A DNA stretch of 49,493 nucleotides from a virus (lineage: Duplodnaviria; Caudoviricetes), in IMG/VR virus record IMGVR_UViG_3300020045_011377, positions 1 through 49,493 of that record; one strand, given 5' to 3'. The notes under the pieces are model-generated. The model saw only the letters and a program-made list of their open reading frames with translations. It did no database searches and was not told the origin of the DNA. A program made the translations under genes and the position numbers. Positions 18,241-28,589 of this stretch are shown here, in pieces; positions within the stretch are counted from its first letter, which is position 1; each line of letters opens with the position of its first letter.

Positions 18241-19584
18241 TTATTTGAGATGGTTATGAACTTGCATCAGATTTTCGTGTGATGCGGCGATGTGCGCCTG
18301 AACTGCGAGACGTGCATCAGGCTTAAGCTTCACAATATTTTTGAGGACCTTTTCAGCAACTTTCGCAGGCACCTTATGAACTTGTTTGTTCATGAAAGCA
18401 ACACCGTGCTCACCGTTGGTGTCAACAGCTTTCTTGAGGTGCACTATAATATTCTGATCAGGTTCTGCTTCACCTGTACCTGAACCCTTCGCAGGGCGCC
18501 CTCTCTTAGCTGGTTGAGCGTTTTCAGTAAGCTTCTTAACAGCTGCGTAGATACCGCGGCGACGCTTCTTAGCTGTTGCGTATCCCTTCACTGCTGTTGC
18601 ATTTTGAGTGGTTGCAATACGAGCATCACCGTAATCAAACATCGCAGCTTTTACGTAGTCACCGAGCTTCTGCTTTGAGAGTTCATCAATCTGCTCAACT
18701 TCCTCTTTCATCGGGTGACCCACCTTCCATGTTTGATAGCCGGTGTGTTTGTTTGCAAGCTCAACTGCGTGCTTCTCATCCTTGGCTTGTAAGAGTACAT
18801 CACGAAGCTCTTTACTACGCGCATCATAACCACCACTCTTATGAAACATTACAGTGCTGAGACTGTGAGGTATGTTTTTATGACCAGCCATTCCTACCCA
18901 CTTATCAGCTTTATTAATAAAGACTTTGTATGTATTACCATTGTGATCTGTGGTGTGAATCTTGATACTCTCATTAACTTGTTCAATTTCTTCTTTGAGT
19001 TTTATTTGACCGAGACCTTTACATTTTGTACAGTGCTTCTTGCTAAGAGCCCCGTAACCAAACTTGTTAACAGCAAAACTTGATATAAGACCTTGCCCCT
19101 CGCAGGCATCACATTCAACAATACCACGGCGCTTCAAGTGAGCTTTTGCCATGGCTTCAGCAGATGAGTATCCGTAATTTTCAGCTACACTTTCTGTAGT
19201 AGCAGCTGCCTTTGGCTTAATCTTTACCCACCAGTGTGTTTGATCTGCAACTGATGCACCACCTCTAAATGAAGTGTAGTGCTCACCGTGAGTAATATGA
19301 TGTGTATCATCACTAACACCATGCTTACTAAGAGCTTCTTTTACTCTTGAGTGTAAATCAGCAGATGATTTGCCGTGAGAATAGAAGAACCCTTTACGAA
19401 CAGTGATTGTACCATCACGTGCTTTTCCAACTGTGTCAGGATGTACACCACCATCTTGAAGATGTTTCTTGATCTGACTAGCTGTATTCTCATCTAGCTG
19501 AGTAATCTTTGTATCTTCATTAACAGCAAGAGCGGCAGCAAGTACAGCGTCACTGATATTATGGAATTTTTGTAGTGATGTCAT
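18241..19584 (-). CDS. Putative internal head polyprotein (DnaJ-type CxxCxGxG pair, AT-hook-like KRGRP)
   Basis: Lys/His-rich blocks separated by (I/L/V)xE acidic linkers. Confidence 0.65.
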   Translation of the reverse strand: MTSLQKFHNISDAVLAAALAVNEDTKITQLDENTASQIKKHLQDGGVHPDTVGKARDGTITVRKGFFYSHGKSSADLHSRVKEALSKHGVSDDTHHITHGEHYTSFRGGASVADQTHWWVKIKPKAAATTESVAENYGYSSAEAMAKAHLKRRGIVECDACEGQGLISSFAVNKFGYGALSKKHCTKCKGLGQIKLKEEIEQVNESIKIHTTDHNGNTYKVFINKADKWVGMAGHKNIPHSLSTVMFHKSGGYDARSKELRDVLLQAKDEKHAVELANKHTGYQTWKVGHPMKEEVEQIDELSKQKLGDYVKAAMFDYGDARIATTQNATAVKGYATAKKRRRGIYAAVKKLTENAQPAKRGRPAKGSGTGEAEPDQNIIVHLKKAVDTNGEHGVAFMNKQVHKVPAKVAEKVLKNIVKLKPDARLAVQAHIAASHENLMQVHNHLK

Positions 19585-20957
19585 GCTGTTACTCCACCTG
19601 AAAGTTGTTTGTGAATATGTTGTACGTGTTGATATATCTGACCTGGATCAAGATCTTTAGCAAACTGCGATTCTGTGCACCACTTCTTCACAGTACCTTC
19701 AGAAGGGCAGCCTTTGCTTTTGATTGTATCGAGATTCTTCACGAACATATGCTTTGCGATTGTGAAGAAATCAATCTTCGCTTCTGTGACCATACCAACG
19801 TGATTGGCATCGTGAACCTTGTAGCCCTTGCGCGAGTAGTACTTCTTAGCTTGCTCGACTGCTTCAGGTTTCGTTTGATTACCTGATACACGTACAAACT
19901 TTTCTGTACGCTCTTTACGCTTTGTAACCATTGTGTGATTAGGTTCAGATACTGTTACAGAGATGCGATGTTTTTCACCAACATTTTCATCAATTATTTT
20001 CATCTTGATCTCAGCATCTTCGCGGCCTACTACCTTTGCAGGTTTGCGTGGAAGGGTATCCTTCGCTGCCTGTGCTTCACCAAGGCGCGCTTTCCGGTCT
20101 AGTGACTTTTTACCAATTGCTGGGTGATGTGTAAATTCTGCAGTTGCAGCGAGAGGGCCGATACGCTTTTTAAGATCATCAATATGAGCGTTAGCCTTTT
20201 CTGTTGATGTAAATACCTTAACCTTACCATCAACATCTTTTACCCAACCAGTCTTTGTACCGATCTTCGCGTGAACTTTCCAGTGTGATACTTCTTCAGA
20301 TACAGGAATTTGTTTATTTGCTTGCTTACGAAGATCAGCGAGTTTCTTTTGTTCACGTGTGCGATGAGGAACAGCTGACTGCTCACGCTTATTTGCGGAT
20401 ACTGCTTCTTTCAATGGCTTCTTGAAATGCTCTTTATCGTGTGGCTTCGCTGTTTGAATCCAGCTTGTTGAATTCGCTTCTTTACTAATACGAGGATCAT
20501 TCTTATCTTGTTCGGATTTATCTGAGAATGAGTGCTTCAGCTTCTTCTTGTCGCTTGTTGTGTAATAGATTGTGTGGATTGGATGACCTTCAACAGGTGT
20601 CCTAACACCAATCTTGTGCACTGTGTGACCGTTACTCTTGAGGATTTCGGCTTGCTTCTTCGCACCTTCTTCACCTGTTTCACGATGAGTATAGACTGTA
20701 ACTGCCTCATCAAGTACCTCTTCATTCATACCCTCTGATTCTTTCTTACGCTTATCGCGAAGAGCTTGAAGGTAAAGATCATCAACAATCTTACGAGCCT
20801 TTTCGTTTTTACGACCAGCTTCACGGCCATACTCACCATACATGTTAAAACCGGGTGAACGCTTTGGCTTTTCTCCTGGTTTACTCTCTTCAACAACTGC
20901 TTTCACAGCATCTACGAGTGAGTCAGAAATATTGTGGAATTTTTGTAGTGATGTCAT
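19581..20957 (-). CDS. Putative internal head polyprotein
   Basis: Same MTSLQKFHNISD N-terminus as 18241..19584; repeated (I/L/V)xE linkers. Confidence 0.65.
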   Translation of the reverse strand: MTSLQKFHNISDSLVDAVKAVVEESKPGEKPKRSPGFNMYGEYGREAGRKNEKARKIVDDLYLQALRDKRKKESEGMNEEVLDEAVTVYTHRETGEEGAKKQAEILKSNGHTVHKIGVRTPVEGHPIHTIYYTTSDKKKLKHSFSDKSEQDKNDPRISKEANSTSWIQTAKPHDKEHFKKPLKEAVSANKREQSAVPHRTREQKKLADLRKQANKQIPVSEEVSHWKVHAKIGTKTGWVKDVDGKVKVFTSTEKANAHIDDLKKRIGPLAATAEFTHHPAIGKKSLDRKARLGEAQAAKDTLPRKPAKVVGREDAEIKMKIIDENVGEKHRISVTVSEPNHTMVTKRKERTEKFVRVSGNQTKPEAVEQAKKYYSRKGYKVHDANHVGMVTEAKIDFFTIAKHMFVKNLDTIKSKGCPSEGTVKKWCTESQFAKDLDPGQIYQHVQHIHKQLSGGVTA

Positions 20958-21436
20958 ACTTGTCCTAGACTGTCAACCTTCAACACTTTTGATTTATATT
21001 TTGAAAGAAAATGTGATTTAACGGCCCCGGAGCTTTTACCGATAAATGTCTTCTTACCTGTGAGATTTGTTTCACCTCGTTGATATTGAACAACAAACTT
21101 TTCTTTCGGACCAGGTGTACCACCTTGAAGACCACGCAACTCTTTTAGAGTACGCATCACGGGGGCAACAGGAACCTCTTCCTTTACCACAACAGGCTCT
21201 TCAATCTTTTTATTACCACGATTCTCTTCGCGTAGCTTCACAACAACACGATAAGCTATCTCTTCTGCGAATGATTCTTTGCATGTGTGTCGATACACAT
21301 AACTTGTAATCCATTCAACAAGATCAGCCTCTTTACCAAACAATTCATATTGATTGAGTGACTCTTCTACCCAATCAGCGGTCTCCTTTGCGGCGGCGGC
21401 TTGTTGAACTGCTTTAGCTGCATCATATAGTCTCAT
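20954..21436 (-). CDS. Putative late/internal head protein
   Basis: 160 aa in a late operon. Confidence 0.6.
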   Translation of the reverse strand: MRLYDAAKAVQQAAAAKETADWVEESLNQYELFGKEADLVEWITSYVYRHTCKESFAEEIAYRVVVKLREENRGNKKIEEPVVVKEEVPVAPVMRTLKELRGLQGGTPGPKEKFVVQYQRGETNLTGKKTFIGKSSGAVKSHFLSKYKSKVLKVDSLGQV

Positions 21437-21438
21437 TA

Positions 21439-22200
21439 TTAATCCTTATTCTTAGCGTGTCCATGGCCATAGTGAAGTCGGTTTGGATGATCAGCATCAC
21501 GGTGAACGTGTACATGAATTGCATCACTAACAGCAGAAGCGTGCTTTGGAATACCCATCTCTTTTCGATCATACTCAGCGTGCACAGTAAGATTTACTGC
21601 AGCAACTTTCTTACCTTTGTGTAGAATATGTGTGTTGTGGCCCCATGAGTCAACAACTTTTGCACCGATGCCCGAGCCCGTGTGCTTTCTTAGTTGGCGG
21701 TCGAGTTTGTTACCATCTTCTGTGTGATGACCCTCAATAGGTGCTGTTCGCTTATTGTGCTTCTCACTCTCTTTACGATCTGCTAAAATCTTCTTAAAGC
21801 GTGATACTTCAGGTGCATCTTTGATTGTGTGCTTCTGAAGTGCACCAGATTTACCTACCTTACGATAGACAACGCGGTCTTCCTTGAGGTGTTTCTCTAT
21901 ATCATCTTTATTCATAGTCTTCGATGCAAGCATAACAGTTTCATAGCCATTACCAGTGCCGATACTATGAATGTGATCTTTGAGTTTTGGATGAGCGGCA
22001 ATAAAAGCTTTGATTGGCTTGTAATCTTTGATACCACCAACTTGCCTGTGACTCACAGTCACAGTACCCTTGTAAGGCTTAGCAGTAGTGGGAGTACTTG
22101 AATGGGGAGCAGGTGGAATGAATGCTTCACTAACCGGAGCTGTATCGCGTTTCCAACTTTCGTGGAGATAATTCTTCAGGGATTCGAGACGGTCAGACAT
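21439..22200 (-). CDS. Putative internal head protein
   Basis: SLKNYLHE N-terminus; very His/Lys-rich; late promoter upstream. Confidence 0.65.
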   Translation of the reverse strand: MSDRLESLKNYLHESWKRDTAPVSEAFIPPAPHSSTPTTAKPYKGTVTVSHRQVGGIKDYKPIKAFIAAHPKLKDHIHSIGTGNGYETVMLASKTMNKDDIEKHLKEDRVVYRKVGKSGALQKHTIKDAPEVSRFKKILADRKESEKHNKRTAPIEGHHTEDGNKLDRQLRKHTGSGIGAKVVDSWGHNTHILHKGKKVAAVNLTVHAEYDRKEMGIPKHASAVSDAIHVHVHRDADHPNRLHYGHGHAKNKD

Positions 22201-22202
22201 TG

Positions 22203-22237
22203 AAATAATCCTGTGGTATCATACAGGATTATTTATA
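22203..22237 (-). promoter_or_regulatory. Late promoter TATAAATA overlapping a 12-bp RBS-sequestering hairpin
   Basis: AAATAATCCTGT pairs with ACAGGATTATTT, ending 2 nt before ATG 22200. Confidence 0.75.
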
Positions 22238-22664
22238 AAGAAAAGTGTTTTAACCAGTCTGTGTAGAGTTGTGTTTCTCTTTGATACGCTTCGACCTCCC
22301 AGGGACCACACTCAGTAGTAACTGGGTAAGGCTGTCTATGCCACAGAAACACCGGCTCACCACTCGGCCCTTGTGAAATCAAAGGATCAAACTCATTTCT
22401 TATCATCTGTTTGACATGAACCATCTCATGGGCAAGAGTGCGATACAGTTCTTCTTGCGATAGGGGTATGAAAATATCTACACCATACATACCATCATCA
22501 ATACATGTTGCGCGCCCGGTGTCAAGCATGTTACCCGACTTCAGAGTGATATACAACTCTGTTTTTGTATTGATAATACCTAACTTCTTCGCAAAATACT
22601 CTGCTGCAGCATCGATATGACCCGGTGGCTGGAGTGTCTTCTTCTTAAATACGAAAATGTTCAT
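22233..22664 (-). CDS. HExxH putative metallopeptidase
   Basis: LAHEMVHVKQ...PWEVEA. Confidence 0.7.
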   Translation of the reverse strand: MNIFVFKKKTLQPPGHIDAAAEYFAKKLGIINTKTELYITLKSGNMLDTGRATCIDDGMYGVDIFIPLSQEELYRTLAHEMVHVKQMIRNEFDPLISQGPSGEPVFLWHRQPYPVTTECGPWEVEAYQRETQLYTDWLKHFSL

Positions 22665-24034
22665 TTCCGAACATCCTTAAAGAATTCTGCTTGTATTCGT
22701 TCACCACTCTTTGTATCATCAAAGAGTGGTTTATCAACTACTTCACCAGTTTCTTTATCAACCTGATCAACATCAAAGAACTTCATCTTAGGTCGCTCAA
22801 TACCCATCAAGAACTTATTGAAGATATTCAAGCTTGCGTATCTATTCTTCAGTTGTTTACAGAAGATTTGGCCAATCTTCTCGAGTTCTTCAAGAGACAG
22901 CATCGCAAGGAATAGATCGAAGGTCATCGGTCCACCCATACTATCTGAGGTAGCAGTGAGTGTGATGTCACTAGTATTATAACCCTCACGATTCGTCTGA
23001 GTTGCAGTGAAAATAGGAACATTGAATTCAACAGCGAGACCTCTAAGCTCTTCAGCAATTGATTTGATGTATGAGTATGAATTTACACCAACCCCCATCT
23101 TGATTCTCGATGAGCAGCAGATATTCAGATAATCGATGTAGATGATATCAGGAATAAATCCTTGTTTGATCTTCAGCTCATTCAGAAGATGTCTGAAGTT
23201 AGCAGCACCTGCACCTGTCGTAGGGTACTCTTTGATGATGAGTTTACCCTTCGTCTTCTCATTAATTCTATCAATCTTCTTCTTAAACACTTCTTTAGGA
23301 AGAATCTCAACATCATCAACAGGAATATTGAAGAGATTTGCATCGATACGAGCAGCAATTTCTTCCTCTGACATCTCAAGAGTGATGTAGAGGACATTGT
23401 AGTTTGATTTGATATTGAAAGCAGCGCAGTGACACATAAACGCTGATTTACCAACACCAGTTGAAGCGAGAATTGCGTTCAGTGTCTTCGGAGTAAGACC
23501 ACCTCTAGTAATCTTATTCAGAATATCGATATCGAAGGGAATACGCTTCTTATCAGTGTGATAATAATCGTATCGCTTTTCCCAATCATCGAGATAGTTG
23601 TGACCAATATGCTTATCAAATCCAACAGAGAGTGCCTCTGTTAGAAGATGAGGAATCATTGAGCGAGGTTTCTCAACCTTACCATCCATGATGCCGATTG
23701 ATTCCAGCATCGCGATATGAAGTGCTTTCTCTTGACAGAATCGCTCTGTTTCGTCGACGAGCCACTGGACGTTCTCATCTTTCTTCTCAAGAGATTCGAT
23801 TGTTTCAACAGCTCCTCTGAATTCCTGCTGACTGAGACCTGTTACTTTATCAAGATCAACTCTGATTGATTCTTTTGTTGGTAGCTGACCGTATTTCTTG
23901 AAGTGTAGATCTACGAGCTTAAATACAATTCGTTGGTCCTTGCTTAGAAAGTATGATGCCTCGATGTAAGAGAGCACTTTTCGTGTGTACTCTTCGTTGT
24001 AAACCAGATTCTGTAGTATGACCTTCTCGACCAT
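22661..24034 (-). CDS. gp41: Replicative DNA helicase (T4 gp41)
   Basis: ASTGVGKS, ITLEM, IIKEYPT, IDYLNI, SIAEELRGLA, ATQTNR and QLKNRY motifs. Confidence 0.95.
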   Translation of the reverse strand: MVEKVILQNLVYNEEYTRKVLSYIEASYFLSKDQRIVFKLVDLHFKKYGQLPTKESIRVDLDKVTGLSQQEFRGAVETIESLEKKDENVQWLVDETERFCQEKALHIAMLESIGIMDGKVEKPRSMIPHLLTEALSVGFDKHIGHNYLDDWEKRYDYYHTDKKRIPFDIDILNKITRGGLTPKTLNAILASTGVGKSAFMCHCAAFNIKSNYNVLYITLEMSEEEIAARIDANLFNIPVDDVEILPKEVFKKKIDRINEKTKGKLIIKEYPTTGAGAANFRHLLNELKIKQGFIPDIIYIDYLNICCSSRIKMGVGVNSYSYIKSIAEELRGLAVEFNVPIFTATQTNREGYNTSDITLTATSDSMGGPMTFDLFLAMLSLEELEKIGQIFCKQLKNRYASLNIFNKFLMGIERPKMKFFDVDQVDKETGEVVDKPLFDDTKSGERIQAEFFKDVRK

Positions 24035-24141
24035 TCGGCTTATACCCCCTCATTATTTCTTTCATTATTTCACGATCATGATAATCACGTAGATCATCAA
24101 TTGCAGCTTTTACAACTGCTGGATCAAACTCTTTTGGCTTT

Positions 24142-25224
24142 TTAGTCTGGGGTGCCCAGAGCGTCTTCAACCACAACAGCAGGCTTTTCACCTTGTCCAG
24201 AACCATAAGTAAACTCCGCTTTTGCAAATTCTTCAAGTTTAGCCATCACCTCAGGTGTGAACCATTTCTCGGGTTCAGAGTAAATCTTGTTGGCTGTAGG
24301 GGCAATTTCACCGCCAGGCCACTCAAAACCACGAGTCATTTTCTTAAAGTAGCCGTATTTTATACCGAGATCAATCAGACCATAGTATCTTTCAAGACCT
24401 GAATCATACATCAATCTGAACTTTGTTTTCTTGTTCTCAACTGAGAGGCGAGATTTGTTCATCGTTGCTGTGATGATGTTACCAACGATTTGTGTATCAT
24501 CTTTCGAATCGCGCTCTTTTGCTTTCGAGAGGAAGATGATTGATGATGCAGCATACTTAACACCGCCACCACCGCTCATTTCTTTCTGAGGATAGTGTGA
24601 TCCAACAACATCATAAGTGTGATTCGTCAAGATGAAAGGAATCTGCGCTCTTGCGAGCTTCAGCGTAAGAGTTCTGAATGCACTACGAATCGCCATCGCG
24701 CGAGTCATATCACGAACATTCTTACCCTCTGTTGAATCTTCAAGCTCTTTGTTCGTTGGTAGCATACCAAGAGAGTCAAGAACCATCATCATGCGAGGTT
24801 TTGTCTTCGACTTAACAGCGTGATACTTTTCAATCATCTGAAGACAGTGAGTTTTGAATTTCTCAACAGTATCAGGTTCAGAGATAATGACGCGAGTTGT
24901 ATCTATACCACGTTCTTCCATCATACTCTTTGTGACAGAAGCTTCAGTATCATAGTAAACAACACCAGAGTTAGGAAATTGCTGCTGGAACGATTTTACT
25001 AGGCTGAGTGCGATGTAGGTTTTACCAACTGATTCTGCGCCAGCAAGCGCGATAACTTTGTTATCGGCGAACCCACCATACAACGAACCTGACATACCAG
25101 CGTTGAGCATATAACTACCGGTATCGATAAAGCTATGAAACTCTGCTGCTCCATTTCCATCGGACGCGATATTTGTATCTTCGTCCTTCATCTCGTCAAC
25201 TAGATTCCGCAAAAATTCTGACAT
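24142..25224 (-). CDS. uvsX: RecA-like recombinase
   Basis: DTGSYMLN, GAESVGKT, LDSLGML, DMTRA and MSGGGG motifs. Confidence 0.95.
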   Translation of the reverse strand: MSEFLRNLVDEMKDEDTNIASDGNGAAEFHSFIDTGSYMLNAGMSGSLYGGFADNKVIALAGAESVGKTYIALSLVKSFQQQFPNSGVVYYDTEASVTKSMMEERGIDTTRVIISEPDTVEKFKTHCLQMIEKYHAVKSKTKPRMMMVLDSLGMLPTNKELEDSTEGKNVRDMTRAMAIRSAFRTLTLKLARAQIPFILTNHTYDVVGSHYPQKEMSGGGGVKYAASSIIFLSKAKERDSKDDTQIVGNIITATMNKSRLSVENKKTKFRLMYDSGLERYYGLIDLGIKYGYFKKMTRGFEWPGGEIAPTANKIYSEPEKWFTPEVMAKLEEFAKAEFTYGSGQGEKPAVVVEDALGTPD

Positions 25225-25271
25225 ATTTTCCTTTACTTAACAATATATTATATGTGTTCTGATGCTTATTA

Positions 25272-25517
25272 TCAAGATTTCTTTGCCATCGTTCTTACTG
25301 CGATAGCGTGTTGCTCAATCTTCGCAACAAATTCTTCCATCTTTTGTGCACGGTTCGGCCAGTGTAAGTACTCTTTCTCTGGATCCTTCGTTAAATTTCT
25401 CAGGAGCGGTGTAACCATGCTGTAGAGTTCCTCATACGCTTGTAGATAAGATCCAGTATGAACAGCGGCGATGGTCTTCGCCGATTCGAGTGTGAATCCA
25501 AAATCATCATCCTTCAT
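25272..25517 (-). CDS. Conserved small protein between gp43 and uvsX
   Basis: DDFGFT...PLLRNL.KDPEKEYLHWPNR; AGGAG SD. Confidence 0.7.
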   Translation of the reverse strand: MKDDDFGFTLESAKTIAAVHTGSYLQAYEELYSMVTPLLRNLTKDPEKEYLHWPNRAQKMEEFVAKIEQHAIAVRTMAKKS

Positions 25518-25527
25518 CTTGTGCTCC

Positions 25528-28053
25528 TTACCTGAAATAGTCAGTGAGAGTGGACTGTTCATCGATATCCCATCCTTCCATAACTTTTGTGATTGAACGA
25601 ATCGGTGTCATGAAACCCTTTTCGAACTGTGTCTCATAATCGATGTATGCGTGAAGACCGAAATCAGGGGGTAGTGTATGCTTAATCGCGACCACATTCT
25701 CACAGAGTGGGTTAGGAGTAGTTAAGTAACAGAACTTGATCTTATCACCGTCGTAGATTGGCTCGTATTTGTTCGAGAGACCTTTATCTTTCAACAAATA
25801 ATTGAATAACAACGCAGCTCTCGAGTGAATCGGAGTACCTTTACCGTAGATTGTATCATTCGAACTATATCTCGCGAGTTCTTTGACACCTCGAGGAAAT
25901 GCAATCTCTTCGAATGGAAGACTTCTGAAGTTGTCTCTCAGATTTTTGATGAAGGTTCGAAGATCATCAATTTCTTTGTTCATGATAAGCGAGATAGCAT
26001 CTTTAATCGCCACTCTGCACGCTGCAGGTGTTGAAGACCTCACAGCTTCAATACCCATCATCTTGAGCTTAGGTTCAGTGTAACGAACACCTTCCTGATC
26101 GAATACGTTCAAGATGTAGTGTTTCTTACCAGTCCAGATTCCTTTGTTCGCGATCGCCTCTCGCTTCATTGACATATGCTGCTCAAAAGCATTCATATAC
26201 TCAGCGAGTTCATCGAAGCTCTTATCGATGTATGGAGTTAGCGCTTCTTTGCAGACCTTATCAAGAAAATCAATTTTATCTTTTGCTTTTGATCCAACTT
26301 TTTCGACAAGTGGACCAGCGTTGATGTAGACTGAGTCCGTATCACACGCGATGATATAATCAACATCTTTTGTCTTCAGAAGATTGTTGAAGTAAAGATT
26401 GAGTTTTCGTTCAATCCAGCGAGTTGTCAGTTGACCACACATTGTGATTGACTCAGCAAATCTCGGCTCATACCATCTGAAGAATCTATTCGCCAAAGCG
26501 CCATACAATGAGTTAATTTGAATCTTCTTGGCCATCTGAAGATTGTTCCATTTTGCCACATCAGCTTCAATTTGCTTTCGATTTTCATCAGTTGCATGTT
26601 CCAACTGCTTCTTCGACTCAATCATCTTCTTTTTGTAGATATCACGCTGATTGAAAATACGAGCAACTAGAGCAGGTAAGAAGCCTTGATAATCTCGATC
26701 AAAGGTGCAACCTGATGCACAGATGACAATATTCTGATCTTTCAGAGCCTTGCGATATTCTTCTTTGTTGAAGAGACCATTCAACACACTGAGTACTTTT
26801 TCTTCTGAATCGTTACCATCAACAGGAAGTACACCTCTGAATGTCTCGGGCGAGATGTTGTACATTCTCATAATCATCGGATACAGAGACGTCAAGTCGA
26901 ATGAGAGAACCCATCTCCAAAGACCAAGTTGAGGATCTTTGACATATCCACCGATGATGCCACCCTCGTTGATGTTGTCATCATACTCTACGTGAGGTAC
27001 AACAATCTTCTGATCGAGCAGGTGATTGTGAATGATTGTATCCCACAACCTCACTGTTGTCAACGAATCAGAGTAGTTGACCTTCGCATCATACGCGATA
27101 GCGAATACTTGCTCGATGAAGCCAAGCTTATCATTCAGCTCTTTTACACGAATAGAATCTTGAATGTTGTATTCGATGAACTTCTGATGATTCTGAGTAT
27201 ACAGTTCAGTAAGTGAACCATACTCTGAGTAGTCAAGCTTACCTTTACCAAGTTCGTAGTGCGCGATATGGTCGAGGCGATAACTTTCTTGAGGAGTGTA
27301 TGCGAATCGTTTGTAGAGCTGAAGATAGTCGAGAATCGCGAAGCCTATTGGATTAGGAACTTCGACATCTTTATTCGCAAATTTGATTGTGCGAGTATAC
27401 AGAAGCCCGTGAGGAGATATCTTCTTCGCCTCTTCGTTGCCCAAGACATTCTGAATACGGGTGATGATGTATGGCATGTCAAACATCTCAACGTTCCAGC
27501 CACTCACAACATCAATATCGAGAATCTGCCACGCTGCTAGGAACTTTTCAAGCAGATGCTTCTCTGATTTACATTTGAGATAGTGATACTTCTCATTCGA
27601 AGGTTTATAATCACCAAGACCGAAACAGAAGACCTGATCACCCTTCATGAGTGATATCGCTGTTACCGGTCGATCAGCTTTCGATACATCAGGAAAACCA
27701 CCATCTGATTGAACCTCAATGTCGATGTAAACAACATTGATCTGAGTCGCATCAAATTCAACAGTACCAGGGAAATTATCGTTGATACACGCGTATGGGT
27801 ACTGAGTAAGACCAAAGATTGGGAAGTTCGACACATCTTTGTATTTGTTTACAAAATCACGTGCATCGGTGATGCTGTCGAAATCCATCTTCTGAACAAA
27901 CTGACCCTTCAACGTTTTAAACTCAGAAGGATTAGGCGATCTTACAAAGAGATATGGCTTGTATCGAATTTCGTCGGTGAAGCGTTTACCATCTTTCCAG
28001 CCCCGAACAAGAATCTTATTTTTAACTTGGGTGAAACTTGTGTAGAAGTGCAT
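25528..28053 (-). CDS. gp43: Family B DNA polymerase (T4 gp43)
   Basis: Exonuclease DIEV, FDLTSLYP, KIQINSLYGA and DTDS motifs. Confidence 0.97.
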   Translation of the reverse strand: MHFYTSFTQVKNKILVRGWKDGKRFTDEIRYKPYLFVRSPNPSEFKTLKGQFVQKMDFDSITDARDFVNKYKDVSNFPIFGLTQYPYACINDNFPGTVEFDATQINVVYIDIEVQSDGGFPDVSKADRPVTAISLMKGDQVFCFGLGDYKPSNEKYHYLKCKSEKHLLEKFLAAWQILDIDVVSGWNVEMFDMPYIITRIQNVLGNEEAKKISPHGLLYTRTIKFANKDVEVPNPIGFAILDYLQLYKRFAYTPQESYRLDHIAHYELGKGKLDYSEYGSLTELYTQNHQKFIEYNIQDSIRVKELNDKLGFIEQVFAIAYDAKVNYSDSLTTVRLWDTIIHNHLLDQKIVVPHVEYDDNINEGGIIGGYVKDPQLGLWRWVLSFDLTSLYPMIMRMYNISPETFRGVLPVDGNDSEEKVLSVLNGLFNKEEYRKALKDQNIVICASGCTFDRDYQGFLPALVARIFNQRDIYKKKMIESKKQLEHATDENRKQIEADVAKWNNLQMAKKIQINSLYGALANRFFRWYEPRFAESITMCGQLTTRWIERKLNLYFNNLLKTKDVDYIIACDTDSVYINAGPLVEKVGSKAKDKIDFLDKVCKEALTPYIDKSFDELAEYMNAFEQHMSMKREAIANKGIWTGKKHYILNVFDQEGVRYTEPKLKMMGIEAVRSSTPAACRVAIKDAISLIMNKEIDDLRTFIKNLRDNFRSLPFEEIAFPRGVKELARYSSNDTIYGKGTPIHSRAALLFNYLLKDKGLSNKYEPIYDGDKIKFCYLTTPNPLCENVVAIKHTLPPDFGLHAYIDYETQFEKGFMTPIRSITKVMEGWDIDEQSTLTDYFR

Positions 28054-28099
28054 ATATTCCTCATTGACATCACCCTATATTATATGTGTTTCTTACTTT

Positions 28100-28576
28100 T
28101 TAATCAAGTTTTATAAGACCGGGCAGATAAATTGTGCGCCCGTTCTTTCTCGTTGCTGTGAGAACTTGACGACGATTTTTCTTTCTACTAAACGAACAAT
28201 GAATCCACCCACTATTCATATCAACATTTTCATTATAGAACTCGAGAATCAGCTGATCAAACGCTGGACAATTATCAGCAATCCACCTTGCGAGCCGGAA
28301 GTTATCGATACCATAGATCTCAAAGTCAGCAGCTTCACCATTCATGTGTGAAGAGGTAGAAGAACCACCAATAGCTATATTTAATGCAGGCAATCTTAGA
28401 CCGCTTGAGATACTTACTGGTTTATCGAAGTGTATTCTTATAGGTTCAAGAATGTTATCAACGAGAGCTTTAATATTCTCAAGTTGTTCTGCATTCGGTT
28501 GATTGTAGATTCCACGTCGAATCGCTTCTTGCGAACGTGTAAATTCATAGAGTGTAAAATGCTCTGACAACTTCAT
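28100..28576 (-). CDS. Peptidase M15A-family protein (endolysin candidate)
   Basis: ISSGLR, SSHMNGEAAD and WIHCS motifs. Confidence 0.85.
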   Translation of the reverse strand: MKLSEHFTLYEFTRSQEAIRRGIYNQPNAEQLENIKALVDNILEPIRIHFDKPVSISSGLRLPALNIAIGGSSTSSHMNGEAADFEIYGIDNFRLARWIADNCPAFDQLILEFYNENVDMNSGWIHCSFSRKKNRRQVLTATRKNGRTIYLPGLIKLD

Positions 28577-28589
28577 AACTACCTCGCCA

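Noticed and set aside
13040-21870. GATAGAC on the plus strand near 13040 and 21864
   Set aside because: Antisense and inside coding sequence, without the flanking stem or SD spacing
23919-24236. 105-aa minus-strand ORF between uvsX and gp41
   Set aside because: It overlaps both neighbours by about 100 nt; a short gene may exist but its boundaries cannot be supported
12816-28053. Introns or inteins in nrdJ, gp41, uvsX or gp43
   Set aside because: All are continuous and of normal length
12816-28053. Genome-wide TAG recoding implied by the suppressor tRNA
   Set aside because: Core genes are uninterrupted under the standard code in this window
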